Positions 12,471-24,330 of a DNA stretch of 64,000 nucleotides are shown here, piece by piece (position 1 is the first letter of the stretch; the number at the start of each line of letters is the position of its first letter). The position numbers and the translations under genes were made by a program. The notes under the pieces were generated by a model. That model was given only the letters and a program-made list of their open reading frames with translations, had not been told where the DNA came from and did no database searches. Source of the stretch: Octopus sinensis. Lineage: Eukaryota. Location: the NCBI RefSeq assembly GCF_006345805.1, contig NC_043006.1, positions 12,214,001-12,278,000 on the forward strand. The letters are read 5' to 3'.

Positions 12471-13029
12471 TAAATTTTCTGATTTACTCATAAAAATGCA
12501 ATATATAAGACACACCAGAAGTATAATACGGCTATTTCAGCTTTCTTAAGATATATCACTGTCTTCAACTATAGTAAAACGCTGTTGTTCTTTCTTAACT
12601 ATCGCCTGAAGATGTTCCAAACGAAATTTTAACTATTAAACATACATTTGCTTCAACAGGCACATATATATTGAGAATTTCAAAACTAATTATATATGAA
12701 TGTGTAAAACAACTTTAATGATTTCATGATATTAGCGTTGGATATCATCACATAAATATATATTATCTGGTGTCATTTTACAGTATTCAAATCACTGATA
12801 AATCAATTACTCTTGAATAAATTTCCATTTCTGCTGTATGTATGTAAATGCATATAAATATATATATATATATACATATATAGATATATATGTATATGTG
12901 TGTGTGTGGTGTGTGTGTGTGTGTGTTTGTGTGTGTGTGCGTACTTGTATACATATATATGTATATAGTTATGTAAATGTAAGTATATATATTATTATAT
13001 ATATTATATATATATATAGATAGATAGAT

Positions 13030-13104
13030 ATGTTTCTTTATTAGCCACACAGGGCACTGCACACAGATAAACAAAATTACAAGGTAGAGCTTTTCTTTTG
13101 AAGG

Positions 13105-13135
<31 letters not shown>

Positions 13136-13199
13136 TTGGAAGGGGGAGGTTCGATCAAAAGGGATCGTAAAAGGAGAGAAAGAGGACAAAAAAAGGGGG

Positions 13200-13234
<35 letters not shown>

Positions 13235-13242
13235 GGTGGAGG

Positions 13243-13275
<33 letters not shown>

Positions 13276-13880
13276 ATCAATAGGGATCGTTATCACAGAA
13301 ATGTCAATATGAAGTGTAAAAGGGGGAGGACAGGTGAGGTTTACCCGTGGAAAGAAAAGCCTACGGAAAAGACCACGGTAACCTCGGTCAATGAAGTCAC
13401 ATTTTATATTCTTTTTTTTTTTTTTTTTTTTTTTTTGCAAATAAGTAACTCTCTGTTTTCGATTTTGGGTTCATAGGACTATGCTCAAGGTGGCTTCGTC
13501 ATTCATACGTGCCATTCTTGCAACATTCACCCATCTTTTTTTTAAAACATTCGCTAGACAAAAACTTGCCTCTCTACTCTACTTCCTTTTCAAGTGGTAC
13601 TTGAAGAAGTTGATGAGAGATTGACCAGAGAGGAAAGTGTTTGTCTCCAATCCTTTCAGACGCGTCCACCAGATACATTCTTTCGCCATAGCCACAAGGA
13701 TGATGAAAATAGCTCTTCCTTCCCGTTTGAAGGAAGGAGGCGTGACAATATTGACGATAGACTCAGCTGATAAACCGACTCGTCCCACACGTGACAGCAG
13801 TTGTTCGACATAAGCCCACAGGTCGGAAATTGTTGGACACTGAACGAGTGCGTGCAGAACGGTTTCGTCGCTCTGACCGC
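13030..13880 (-). mobile_element. Tx1/L1-clade LINE, 5'-truncated, copy 1 (frameshifted ORF2 C-terminus plus 3' UTR)
   Basis: Encodes GQSDETVLHA.VQCP...KECIWWTRLKGLETNTFLSGQSLINFFKYHLK. Highly similar to 54601-55518. Bounded by (GATA)n on both sides. Confidence 0.9.
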
Positions 13881-13925
<45 letters not shown>

Positions 13926-13926
13926 G

Positions 13927-13979
<53 letters not shown>

Positions 13980-14030
13980 GTAGGTAGGTAGGTAGGTAGG
14001 TAGGTAGGTAGGTAGGTAGGTAGATAGATA
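13881..14030. repeat. (GATA)n/(GGTA)n microsatellite
   Basis: Direct reading. Confidence 0.95.
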
Positions 14031-14339
14031 GCTATATATGTACATATATATATTTCTCTCCGTATATTCACACAAATACCCATAGAAACAGACAGAGGCA
14101 TGTATACAATGAGAACCTCAAACTCCTACATATAGACACACGTATGTATATTTATGTGTGTAAGTATATGGAGGGGATGAGAGCTGATGGCATGTATGTG
14201 GAAGAGGAAGTTTATTTGTTTAGAAACCTCTTTTTCATTTCGAAATCTTTCGTACTATTCCAAAAGCTATTTAAATAGCTGTAGAAATAAATTTAAACTT
14301 AACTCACGCAGCCTCTAATATATTTTCAATGGAAAACAA

Positions 14340-14368
14340 TGTGTGTCTATATATATATGTACATGCAT

Positions 14369-14447
<79 letters not shown>

Positions 14448-14749
14448 CACACACAATGGTTTTCATAGAATCTCGGAAGCATCAGTTAATTTCTACTATC
14501 AACAATTTGCTAACTTCTAATAGGCAAAAAAATATACGATCTATCATTAGTTTTATTCAGATTCCCATAATTCTATGAGATACATTACAATGTATATTAA
14601 ATACGACCACACACACACACACACACAAATACACACATAAAATAATGCACACAATACATACACACACGCACACACATACAAATGCATGTATGTATGTATG
14701 CATGTATGCATATGTATATATTTATCTAGATATATATACATATATCCAT

Positions 14750-14830
<81 letters not shown>

Positions 14831-14885
14831 ATATATTATATATATATATATATATATAATAATATTATATATATACAGTAATATG

Positions 14886-14945
<60 letters not shown>
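14340..14945. repeat. (TA)n/(CA)n blocks
   Basis: Direct reading. Confidence 0.9.
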
Positions 14946-14946
<1 letters not shown>

Positions 14947-15262
14947 AGTAATATGTAGATATAAATATTGTCATCGTGTCTTATAGCTCTTAAATTTCCC
15001 TGAGAAATATAATGCAACTTAAAAATTCTTGAAATTATTTTTCATAGAAATTCTGATATACTAGAAAAAATTAAAATTGATAAGACCTCCTGGTAACAAT
15101 TTAGAGAAACATCCTTTAACAAACGAAAGAATTACAAGCTTTGCTCATTGCACACAGAAACACATTTAAACGCGCTCACACAAACACAGTCATATACGCA
15201 ACCATATATCTTGCTTGTATTTGTGTGTATAATATTTTGTGCATTCTTATTAAAGCACTTAC

Positions 15263-15306
<44 letters not shown>

Positions 15307-15849
15307 TTACAACTTCTCCTAAGCAAGGAAAGGAAATTGATATTAATGTTTACGATAGGTAATTTCTTGTCCTTATCAACTGTGTAAATATGAATAAAAG
15401 TATATAAACGTCAATTACAGTTATTGTTGATAATTTTTGGGTTGTTTTTGTAGTTATACATGAGGTTGTTGTTACTACCAAGCAAACTTTGATCGGAAAG
15501 ACCTATGATCAAATTCGTTCCAACTATGGCCACCCTGTCTCGTAATTACAGATTCATTTTGGATATTATTTCTTGCAGTATGACTAGGAGTCTAAATGCA
15601 ACTTTAACAGAGTTTGTAATCGATTTTACTGTGTTGTGTTGTTAATATTGTTTTATTGTTATTTTTATTATTGATTTTTGTAGTGGCGATAAGCTTTATC
15701 CAGACGAGAAGATCGAATACTACTGACATATGTTCTATCTTCCATGAGTCCACAATTTCTGAAGGGGTTCTTACAGTGTTGTCGTTGTGGAATGCAATGT
15801 GTATTAGGAGTCTAAACCTACTACGACCAAATCCACGTTAGGACTAATC

Positions 15850-16169
15850 AGAGAGTGAGAGAGAAAGAGAGAGAGTTGAAAGAGAGAGAGAGAGAGATTG
15901 AGAGAAAGAGTGAGTAAGAGGGGCGAGAGAATTAAGAATAAACAGAATTGGAAGAAGTAAAAGAAGAATTGAAAGAAAGTAATGAAGAAAAAAAAAGAGT
16001 AAGATCAGAATAAGATAACATGCAGAAGAAGGGGAAGAAGGAGGCGAAGGGGAATGAAGAGACGACAACGAAGACGACAGTGAAGAAGAAGAAGAAGAAG
16101 AATAATAAGAAGAAGAAGAAGAAGAAGAAGGAGAAGAAGAAGAAGAAGAAGAAGAAAGAAGAGAGAAGA

Positions 16170-16203
<34 letters not shown>

Positions 16204-16365
16204 AAGAGAAAAGGAAGAAGTAGAAGAAGAATAAAGAAGAAGAGGAGGAATAGGAGGAGGTTGAAGAAGAAAAAGAATAAGAAAAGAAGGAGAAGAAGAA
16301 GAAGAGGAGGGGGAAGCGGAGGATGAGGATGAGGTGGAAGTAGAAGAAGAAGAAGAAGAAGTAGT
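15850..16365. repeat. Polypurine (GA)n/(GAA)n tract
   Basis: Direct reading; source of the poly-K ORF. Confidence 0.9.
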
Positions 16366-16779
16366 TAATCGACTAGTTTTCTATTTATCAATTCCGGAAT
16401 AATAAAAGATAATGCTGAGTACTGCAGAATTTGAACTCAGAGTAAAGAGAGCCGCCTCAACAACTGCAGGGCATTTTACGCGACCTCCTAACGACTTAAT
16501 TCAAGGACTTAATGATGTATGTAGGTGATTGTGAATGATTTATAAACGAACCATAGAACAAATTGTAAGAGGTGTTATAGAATTGGCGAACGATAACAGC
16601 CAATTATTCTTAATTACAAATCATATACCTGGCAGGATATTTTGTTTTCGTGTCTGATCATCTTGATGGTTATAAAGCAAAACCGAATATCTGTGTTAGA
16701 TACAATATTCGAAAGAAAAAGAAACAGGCCAAATATTTAGGGGAAAGATTCGATGTTACTTATGTAGAGTATTTCAATG

Positions 16780-18050
16780 CAAGATGCATTCAAGAACTTT
16801 AGAGCATTTTTTTTAGAAGAGATTTTTATTAATTTTAAAGAAATACAAAATTTGAATCTACTTCAAATTAGGATACTCTGACTTCAGTGCCTCTGTTATA
16901 GCGTCAAGCGTCACTTCGTGAAGACCCCCAACGACGTCCTCCAAAATAAAGGTTTTTCAGGTCCCTTGTCACGGCCACTTTCAACTTCTCCTTCAGCTTG
17001 AGGTTAATAACCAAAAGTCACAAAGGAACAAGGTCTGGCCTGTAGGGAGGCTGAGTGACAGTGTTGACTCCTATCTCTGTCGGGTAGTTGGTAACCAGGA
17101 TGAAATTGTGGAATGGTGGATTGCCCTAATCCAAGTGCTCTGTCATTTTACTACGAAAGCCGTACCAGAACTTCTACAAAACCACCACAAAGTACTTTTT
17201 GTTGTTTAGAAGGAAATAAAGGTGTTCAGGTCCCTTGTCACGGTCACTTTCAACTTCTCCTTCAGCTTGAGGTTAATAACCAAAAGTCACAAAGGAACAA
17301 GGTCTGGCCTGTAGGGAGGCTGAGTGACAGTGTTGACTCTTATCTCTGTCGGGTAGTTGGTAACCAGGATGAAATTGTGGAATGGTGGATTGCCCTAATC
17401 CAAGTGCTCTGTCATTTTACTACGAAACCCGTACCAGAACTTCTACAAAACCACCACAAAGTACTTTTTGTTGTTTAGAAGGAAATAAAGGTGTTCAGGT
17501 CCCTTGTCACGGTCACTTTCAACTTCTCCTTCAGCTTGAGATTAATAACCAAAAGTCACAAAGGAACAAGGTCTGGCCTGTAGGGAGGCTGAGTGACAGT
17601 GTTGACTCCTATCTCTGTCGGGTAGTTGGTAACCAGGATGAAATTGCGGAATGGTGGATTGCCCTAATCCAAGTGCTCTGTCATTTTACTACGAAACCCG
17701 TACCAGAACTTCTACAAAACCACCACAAAGTACTTTTTGTTGTTTAGAAGGAACTCAGTGGATGTTGATGATGCTGTGGAAAAAGAGGATCATCATGAGC
17801 TCCGCGGTGCACTTGCTTTGCCCGGCCATTTGTGCTAGCGAGAAACATGCTCTGCTCATAGAAATTAAATGCATAAGCAGTCTAGGGCATTTCATCAGTT
17901 TCTCTAACGTTTTTGCCCCGTTTAACATAAACTTTTATTGCCTAGCAAGTTGTCAAATTGTCGTCTCGTCCCTCCTGCATTCTTCAAACTAGTCAGCTGT
18001 AACAGGAAAGACTGTGTGCAAAGATTTGTTACAGTTGTATACTTCGATCT
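16780..18050 (-). mobile_element. Mariner (Tc1/mariner) transposon fossil with internal deletion and internal triplication
   Basis: Degraded minus-strand motifs: N-terminal AIKVYVKRGKNVRET, RQSK...LMMILFF, ILVTNY.TE.GVNTV.QPPYRPDL(V)P.DFWL..KLKEKL (YSPDLAP-D motif). Confidence 0.8.
16947..17753. repeat. 3 x 269-bp tandem repeat
   Basis: ORF-track peptides recur at a 269-bp period (17113, 17382, 17651); copies differ at only a few sites. Confidence 0.95.
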
Positions 18051-18624
18051 GGAGTAACAAGAATCAGCATTTTAGCTAATCAGATGTATTGTAATGAGAT
18101 ACTAAAATTACAATGATTTAGGACAGTTTATAATTGCCTCTCCTAAAAATATTTCAAAACTTGTGGAATGCACTTCGTATGTATTCTACGTATATGAGGA
18201 GAAAGGAAGAAACTAGTGCCAAAATGAATGATGATTATGAAGACATGGAGTAGAAATACTAAGGGTCTTGCTGAAATTTGACATTCTGTGTTCGAGATTT
18301 CTAATTTGTTAAGTTCGTGTCGTTGCATGCGTCATTGTGTAATTTTGGTTTGGAAGATGTATAAAAGATCACCGGCTATATGTGATGTGAAAGCTAGTTT
18401 GATTCTTATTAACAGAAATTTCACAGAGAGTGGGACCAATGATGATAATAATGCCTTTCAAGTTACATGATCAGAGAAATATGTGTAAAACAAGAACCAA
18501 ACAAGAAAGTTAAATACACAAACACACACACACACACAAACACACATACACACAAACACACACACACATAATAATAATAATAATAATATTAATAATGACT
18601 CACTCATCCTTCTTACTGGAGATA

Positions 18625-18742
18625 AGGAATAAACATCCCACTTTCGGGGTTGATAAATTAAATACCAGTTGCGCACTGGGGTCGATGTAATAGACTTAAT
18701 CCCTTCCCCCAAATTTGCGGCCATGTGTCTCCTGTAGAAAGG

Positions 18743-18745
<3 letters not shown>
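18625..18745 (+). mobile_element. SINE family N body with tail type 2 ending in (ATT)n
   Basis: CTTTCGGGGTTGATAAATTAAATACCAG...GGGGTCGATGTAAT...GTAGAAAGG then ATT repeats. Confidence 0.7.
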
Positions 18746-18783
<38 letters not shown>

Positions 18784-18790
18784 CATTATT

Positions 18791-18823
<33 letters not shown>

Positions 18824-18949
18824 CAGTAGTTTTATTTTTATAGCGTGCTTTCACTTCACTACCGAGCGCAGCTCTGTGTGCCTTGGGTATGTGCTGTGAT
18901 TTGTTGTGATGCTCTGATGGTTATTGTATGGAAAGTGTTCTGCGTAGGA

Positions 18950-18950
<1 letters not shown>
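18824..18950 (-). mobile_element. R4/Dong-type LINE 3' end (ILRRTLSIQ* plus 3' UTR) inside (TAA)n
   Basis: Essentially identical to 36462-36588; ATT repeats on both sides. Confidence 0.85.
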
Positions 18951-19021
<71 letters not shown>

Positions 19022-19386
19022 CATTATTATTATTATTATTATTATCATAGATCTATGTGGGTGGTTGTGTGTATAACTTGATTTTGTGCGTTTTGGTACT
19101 TCTATTTATTACATACATATAACCACCATATGTTGACGATCACTATGTCATTCACCTTTCCAGCATTTATTAGCATTCAGCAGTTATCAGCAAGTATGAA
19201 CGTTATTGCTTACCCTTTGTGTTATTACGCATGCCATACGATAGTTCTTTTTACAGAGTTAGTTTTATATTTAATTTTTCTTCTCATTATTCATGCTAAG
19301 GGAAAATATTGTATGATAACGAATAAAATTGCATAAAGGTTTTCAAACTTGCATTTTTAATTAGCTTTCATCGACTTTCATTTGCT

Positions 19387-19572
19387 AAAGGCGGCGAGCT
19401 CGCAGAATCTTTAGCACATTACGTTCTGAGTTCAAATTCCGTCGAGGTCGACTTTGCCTTTCATCCTTTTGGGGTCAGTAAAATAAGTAACATCTGAGTA
19501 CTGGGGTCGATGAAATCGGCCAACCCCCTCCCCCAAAATTTCAGGCCTTGTGCGTACGGTAGAAATGATTAT
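19387..19572 (+). mobile_element. SINE family N, tail type 2
   Basis: Head AAGGCGGCGAGCT(C)GCAGAATC...GAGTTCAAATTCC, core GAGGTCGACTTTGCCTTTCATCCTTT.GGGGTC. Confidence 0.8.
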
Positions 19573-19635
19573 CTTTCAGCTGCTAAAGATAGATGCAAAA
19601 CTCTGAAAACGTGTATACACACACACATACACACA

Positions 19636-19718
<83 letters not shown>

Positions 19719-19747
19719 TATATACATATATATATACATATATAACC

Positions 19748-22224
19748 CAGAGTGGCCATTAGCAATAGATATTTTTTCGAAAGTTACAACTTTGCTGGAC
19801 CCACCCTCTAATCCTGTTTTAATAAACATAACAACGTTGTGTGCCAAATTTCAGCTCAATCAGACAACTGCTAGGCGATCTTCGATCGCCCTGAAGTTGG
19901 AACATAGTATAAGCAACGATTAATTATGTTCAAAAGCGGTATACTGTTCGCTTTCTCGACCCTTTTCATTTTTTCTTCTTAGAGAAATTCATGAGGACAC
20001 ATTCAGGCAACCCCAACAGAATTAAATTTACCAATAACTAATTTGAAAAGAATCCTGAAATAAGATGAAAAACTTAAGGAATATCAGGTTTTCTTAATAA
20101 CGCACACAGCTTCCACAAGATAGACCCATTCTTATTTACAACAATAATTTCTATAGAACCGAAAACATAATGTGAACACTGAACGCTGAATATTGAACGT
20201 TATTTTTGCATAAGAGAGGAATTAATGGCATTAGGTATGTTTTACGGTTTTCGGTAACGATCTGTGAAGCAAATTGTTTCTCAGTTTCATCTTTTCTGAG
20301 AATGGTATTGTAATCAGAATGAGTTTGACACCTTCTTCTCCAACACATTTCACAACAACTGTCATCTCAAGTTTTTCAAGTCCACTTTTATAACTAGGAT
20401 CATCCTTCGATGTTGAAGGGTCTTTTGCGAGGAAATCGGTGCTGATAGAAAATCTCGTGAAGAAAGTCTTTGTATCAGGAATTATAAAAGACGAAAACTC
20501 GAGGATTGTAAAAGAAGAAAGTCATTTTGGTGCAGAATGTATCTCTTCAGTTGATTTTTTGTCTTCCTTATCTGCACCTTGACTGCTTGAGCAATATTTG
20601 CCTTCACCTCTGTTGGAACATTGTCATCAAATATGGATAGAGTCACAGTTTCGGGAGCTAATTATCAGAGATGGATGGAAAATGTTTTGGCACCAGCAGC
20701 GTTACTGATTAATGGGTCAATATCCACATAATTTATCAATTGACGCATGAATAGAAAATCAAAAGGTGCTTTAATAGAAATAAGGCTCGAACATACAATT
20801 GAGCAAGAAAAATACATATTCTTCTTAGAGAGTTCTCTCCAGGAGATAACTGAAACTGATCTTGAAACAGGTATATCTTGAATGCATAAATTGCTTTTGA
20901 CATTCATCTAGCATGACTTACAGTTTACGAAACGATATCCCGTTCTTCGGAATGCCGCCAAGAAAGATTTTCGTTAATTCGGAATGCCGCCAAGAAAGAT
21001 TTTCGCCAATTCTCAGTAATCATATCGATGTTCTTTCTGTGTAGAAAGGTGGTATTCAATAAATCCAATAATGGTAGAGCTGACATCAACAGGCACTTCA
21101 TTGCTATTAGTTATGTAAACATTCTTGTTGAGTTTCGTCCAGGTTTCTCTAAATCTTTTGTAAAACGCCATGTGTGGACCAGAAGCCGTGAGTCAAAACA
21201 GCTCCTAAAAACTAACTAAAAATGTGATGACCGCAAGGGAAGTACAACAGATCGCGATTGTACAGCTTTTCTGTATTTGTACTGTCACCATTCACTCGAC
21301 TTGTGTTGCTTTCTTTTGTATCACAGCTAAGTGATATAGTAGTTATACCCTAGTATAGTAGTTATACCCTACTTCTCCACTGCTTGGTAAACAGCCATAC
21401 TTTGCTGTTCTCCTGAAGATGTTGGAATTTCAGGGAGTCCCAATAATTGCTCCCTGCCTTGAAAAATTACTATTATTGCCAGTCTATAAACCTTTTCAAA
21501 GCCTGTGATTTCTGGGAGCAGCTCTCCATCCCAGTTCAACACTAAATCTTGACAGTCGTTTAGATTAAATTTGTGTTGTCTCGCTTCTCTAAACAAGTAT
21601 ACAAAGCACATAATATAAAAACGGAGAGGATATAAACATGGTATTACAACATTGTCAGGGCTACCAACACAACAGGGGAAGATCTATATCATAATGCGCC
21701 ACATCAAAATGAATGAGTGCTTATATGTTATTACAAATTAATTAACTTATATTTACAAACGCGGGCGAGTTATATTAGTTCAGTTTATCACTACCATTAG
21801 GTGCAGTACAATTCATTCGTCGGATGAACACAACTCCCAAACTCACTCGCTTATGGCAGGCCGCCGACTGGATGACAGTGAAAAATAGATGTCTGACCCT
21901 ATATTCGCGCTCTGTCCCCAGCTTTGCAAGTTGCTTTCCCCATTATATTTATTGTCACTTATCCCTCAGTTATCAAGAATGAGTCAGAATAAGTTTTTAA
22001 TTTAAGATAAAATTGTATAAGAGATAAAAACTTGTTAACTGAAAAATGACTTTCCGGGCGAAAACTTCGAACTTTCAATGGTCAATGAGGGTCGCTTTTA
22101 ACTGTTCGATTCAGCTAAAATTTCGCATAGATTGTTTTTTTTTTTTGTTTTTGTTTGCTAATTGGAAATAGTCAGTGGGGTAGGAGCTAAACTTTTAGAA
22201 ATTTGAAAAATAAGGGACATTCTA
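19748..22224 (-). mobile_element. hAT-related (hATm-like) DNA transposon fossil, about 2.5 kb
   Basis: Minus-strand pieces in the expected order: NWDGELLPEITGFEKVYRLAII...EQLLGLP; RDLLYFPCGHHI; DY*ELAKIFLGGIP; DIDPLISNAAGAKTFSIHL; DYNTILRKDETEKQF. Degenerate TIRs CAGAGTGGCCATTA (19748) and TAGAATGTCCCTTA (reverse complement, ends 22224). No clear TSD. The hATm label is tentative. Confidence 0.75.
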
Positions 22225-22303
22225 ATGTAGCTAGATACAGAGATAGGAATGTGTGAGTGTGCATCCATGCATATATCCATGTTTATACACGCACACACAC
22301 ACT

Positions 22304-22334
<31 letters not shown>

Positions 22335-22776
22335 GAAAGACGGTTTGAAAATGCAATTTTAAAGATGTTTATTCACTTGACCGGTTTCATTTTTTTTAGA
22401 AAAAGATTGTCAAAAGTAAAATGTAAAGCTCTGTTATAAACTTTGTTGTGTTAAGTACTGGTTGTCACAAGAGTATTAAAATACATATATACATTCTTTG
22501 ATAATAATAAGAAAAATGTTAAAACAGTTTACAAGGAAAAATCTTGAGAAAATATTAAGAAGTTCATTAAAAATATTAGGATTTCATTAAAAATCATGTT
22601 TGTTTGGAAGTATCTGTATATATATATACACAGAAAATTATAAGTTCAAAAAGGTCCTATTTGGTGGTATATATATACACAGAAGGAAACGAAAAAATGG
22701 TAAAACAGGTCAGTTCATCTCAAATTCTTTGTAAACTCCGAAATATATCTCCTTCATACATACATACATACATACA

Positions 22777-22810
<34 letters not shown>

Positions 22811-22953
22811 CATATATACAAGCACTCGCATATATACACCATTCAGAATGGCATATATATGTCTATGTTATTAGACATATGCATGTGCATATATATCTTA
22901 TATGTATATAACATAAGATTCTGCAGACTGTATGTATGTAAGTTTGTATGTTT

Positions 22954-23039
<86 letters not shown>

Positions 23040-23041
<2 letters not shown>

Positions 23042-23250
23042 AGAGTTTTTTCTTTTCTTCACCACCACGTGACAACCGGCTTTGATTTGGTAACATCCAC
23101 ATAACTTAGCGGCTCTAGAAAAGAAACGATAGAATAAGTACCAAGCTCTTTTCAGAAATGAAGAACTGAGGTCGATTTATTTGACCCAAACCCTTCAAAG
23201 CGGTGCCCCAGTCGGCCCGCAGTCTGATGACTGAAGCCAATAAACAAATA
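23040..23250 (+). mobile_element. SINE family C, 3' half
   Basis: GACAACCG...GATAGAATAAGTAC...GCGGTGCCCCAG...ATGACTGAA. Confidence 0.65.
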
Positions 23251-23472
23251 AATATGTAAATAATTGTCAGGTATTGGCAAATACGCTAAAATAGCACTAG
23301 TTACATAATGCTGAAATATAAAGATAGTAACCATTCACCATAAAAATTATAGCTTTAATTTACCGCCAAAGAAATTAATTTGTATAGATCTATAGATGCA
23401 GACACATTTCTCTTTCTTTCTCTGTGATCTGTCTCTCCTTCTCTCTCTCTCTCTCTTTTCTCTCTCTCTTCC

Positions 23473-23518
<46 letters not shown>

Positions 23519-23819
23519 GCATACACGCATACAGAAATACATACATACGTATATTTTTTATATTTTACATTTATTATTTTACATTTTTACAAATTTTATA
23601 TTTTTTGTATTCTAATTGAACTGCAACCATGTGGGGCCAAATGGTCTAGCGCGTACTTTTTAAGGCTTGGTGATTCATATATCGCGCGTATCTACCGAAC
23701 CACTACGTTACTAGTGCAAACCAACACCATTTGTTAAGCAGTGATGGGGACAAACATAAGAACAAAGACATATACACATTTGCGTATATATATATATATA
23801 TATATATATACATGCCTAA

Positions 23820-24330
23820 CTGCGCAGGCGTGGCTGTGTGGTAAAAAGCTTGCTTCTCAGCCATACGGTTTGCGGTTCAGTGCTACTGCGTGAAACCTTG
23901 TCCACTTTACCATACTCTCGGGCTTTACCATACTCTCGGGCTGACCATACTCTCGGTCTGACCAAAGACTTGTGAGTAGATTTGGTAGACAGAAACTGAA
24001 AGAAAACCGACACGATAAGTACCAGACTTTAAAAAAATGTACTGGGGTCGTACAGCGGGTCCAGTCCCACTGCGTGGCAGCTTGTGCAAGTGACTTCTAC
24101 TATAGCCTCGGGCCAACCAGAGCCTTCTGAGTGGGCTTGTTAGACGGAAACTGAAAGAAGTTCGTCGTACATATATATACATATACATATATATATATAC
24201 GGTTCGCTCAAAGACACGGATAACATAAGTACTAGGCTTACAAAAAATAAGCTCCGAGGTCGATTTGTTCGTCTAAAGGCAGTGCTCCAGTATGGCCGCT
24301 GTCAAATGACTGGAACTCATAAAAGAATAA
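23820..24330 (+). mobile_element. Composite of two family C SINE copies
   Basis: Two head/centre segments in tandem; internal triplication of CCATACTCTCGG at about 23909-23957. Confidence 0.7.

Noticed and set aside
16947-17753. CRISPR-like or coding repeat (121-aa ORFs at 17113 and 17382)
   Set aside because: There are no unique spacers, the context is eukaryotic, and the ORFs are antisense to a mariner fossil.
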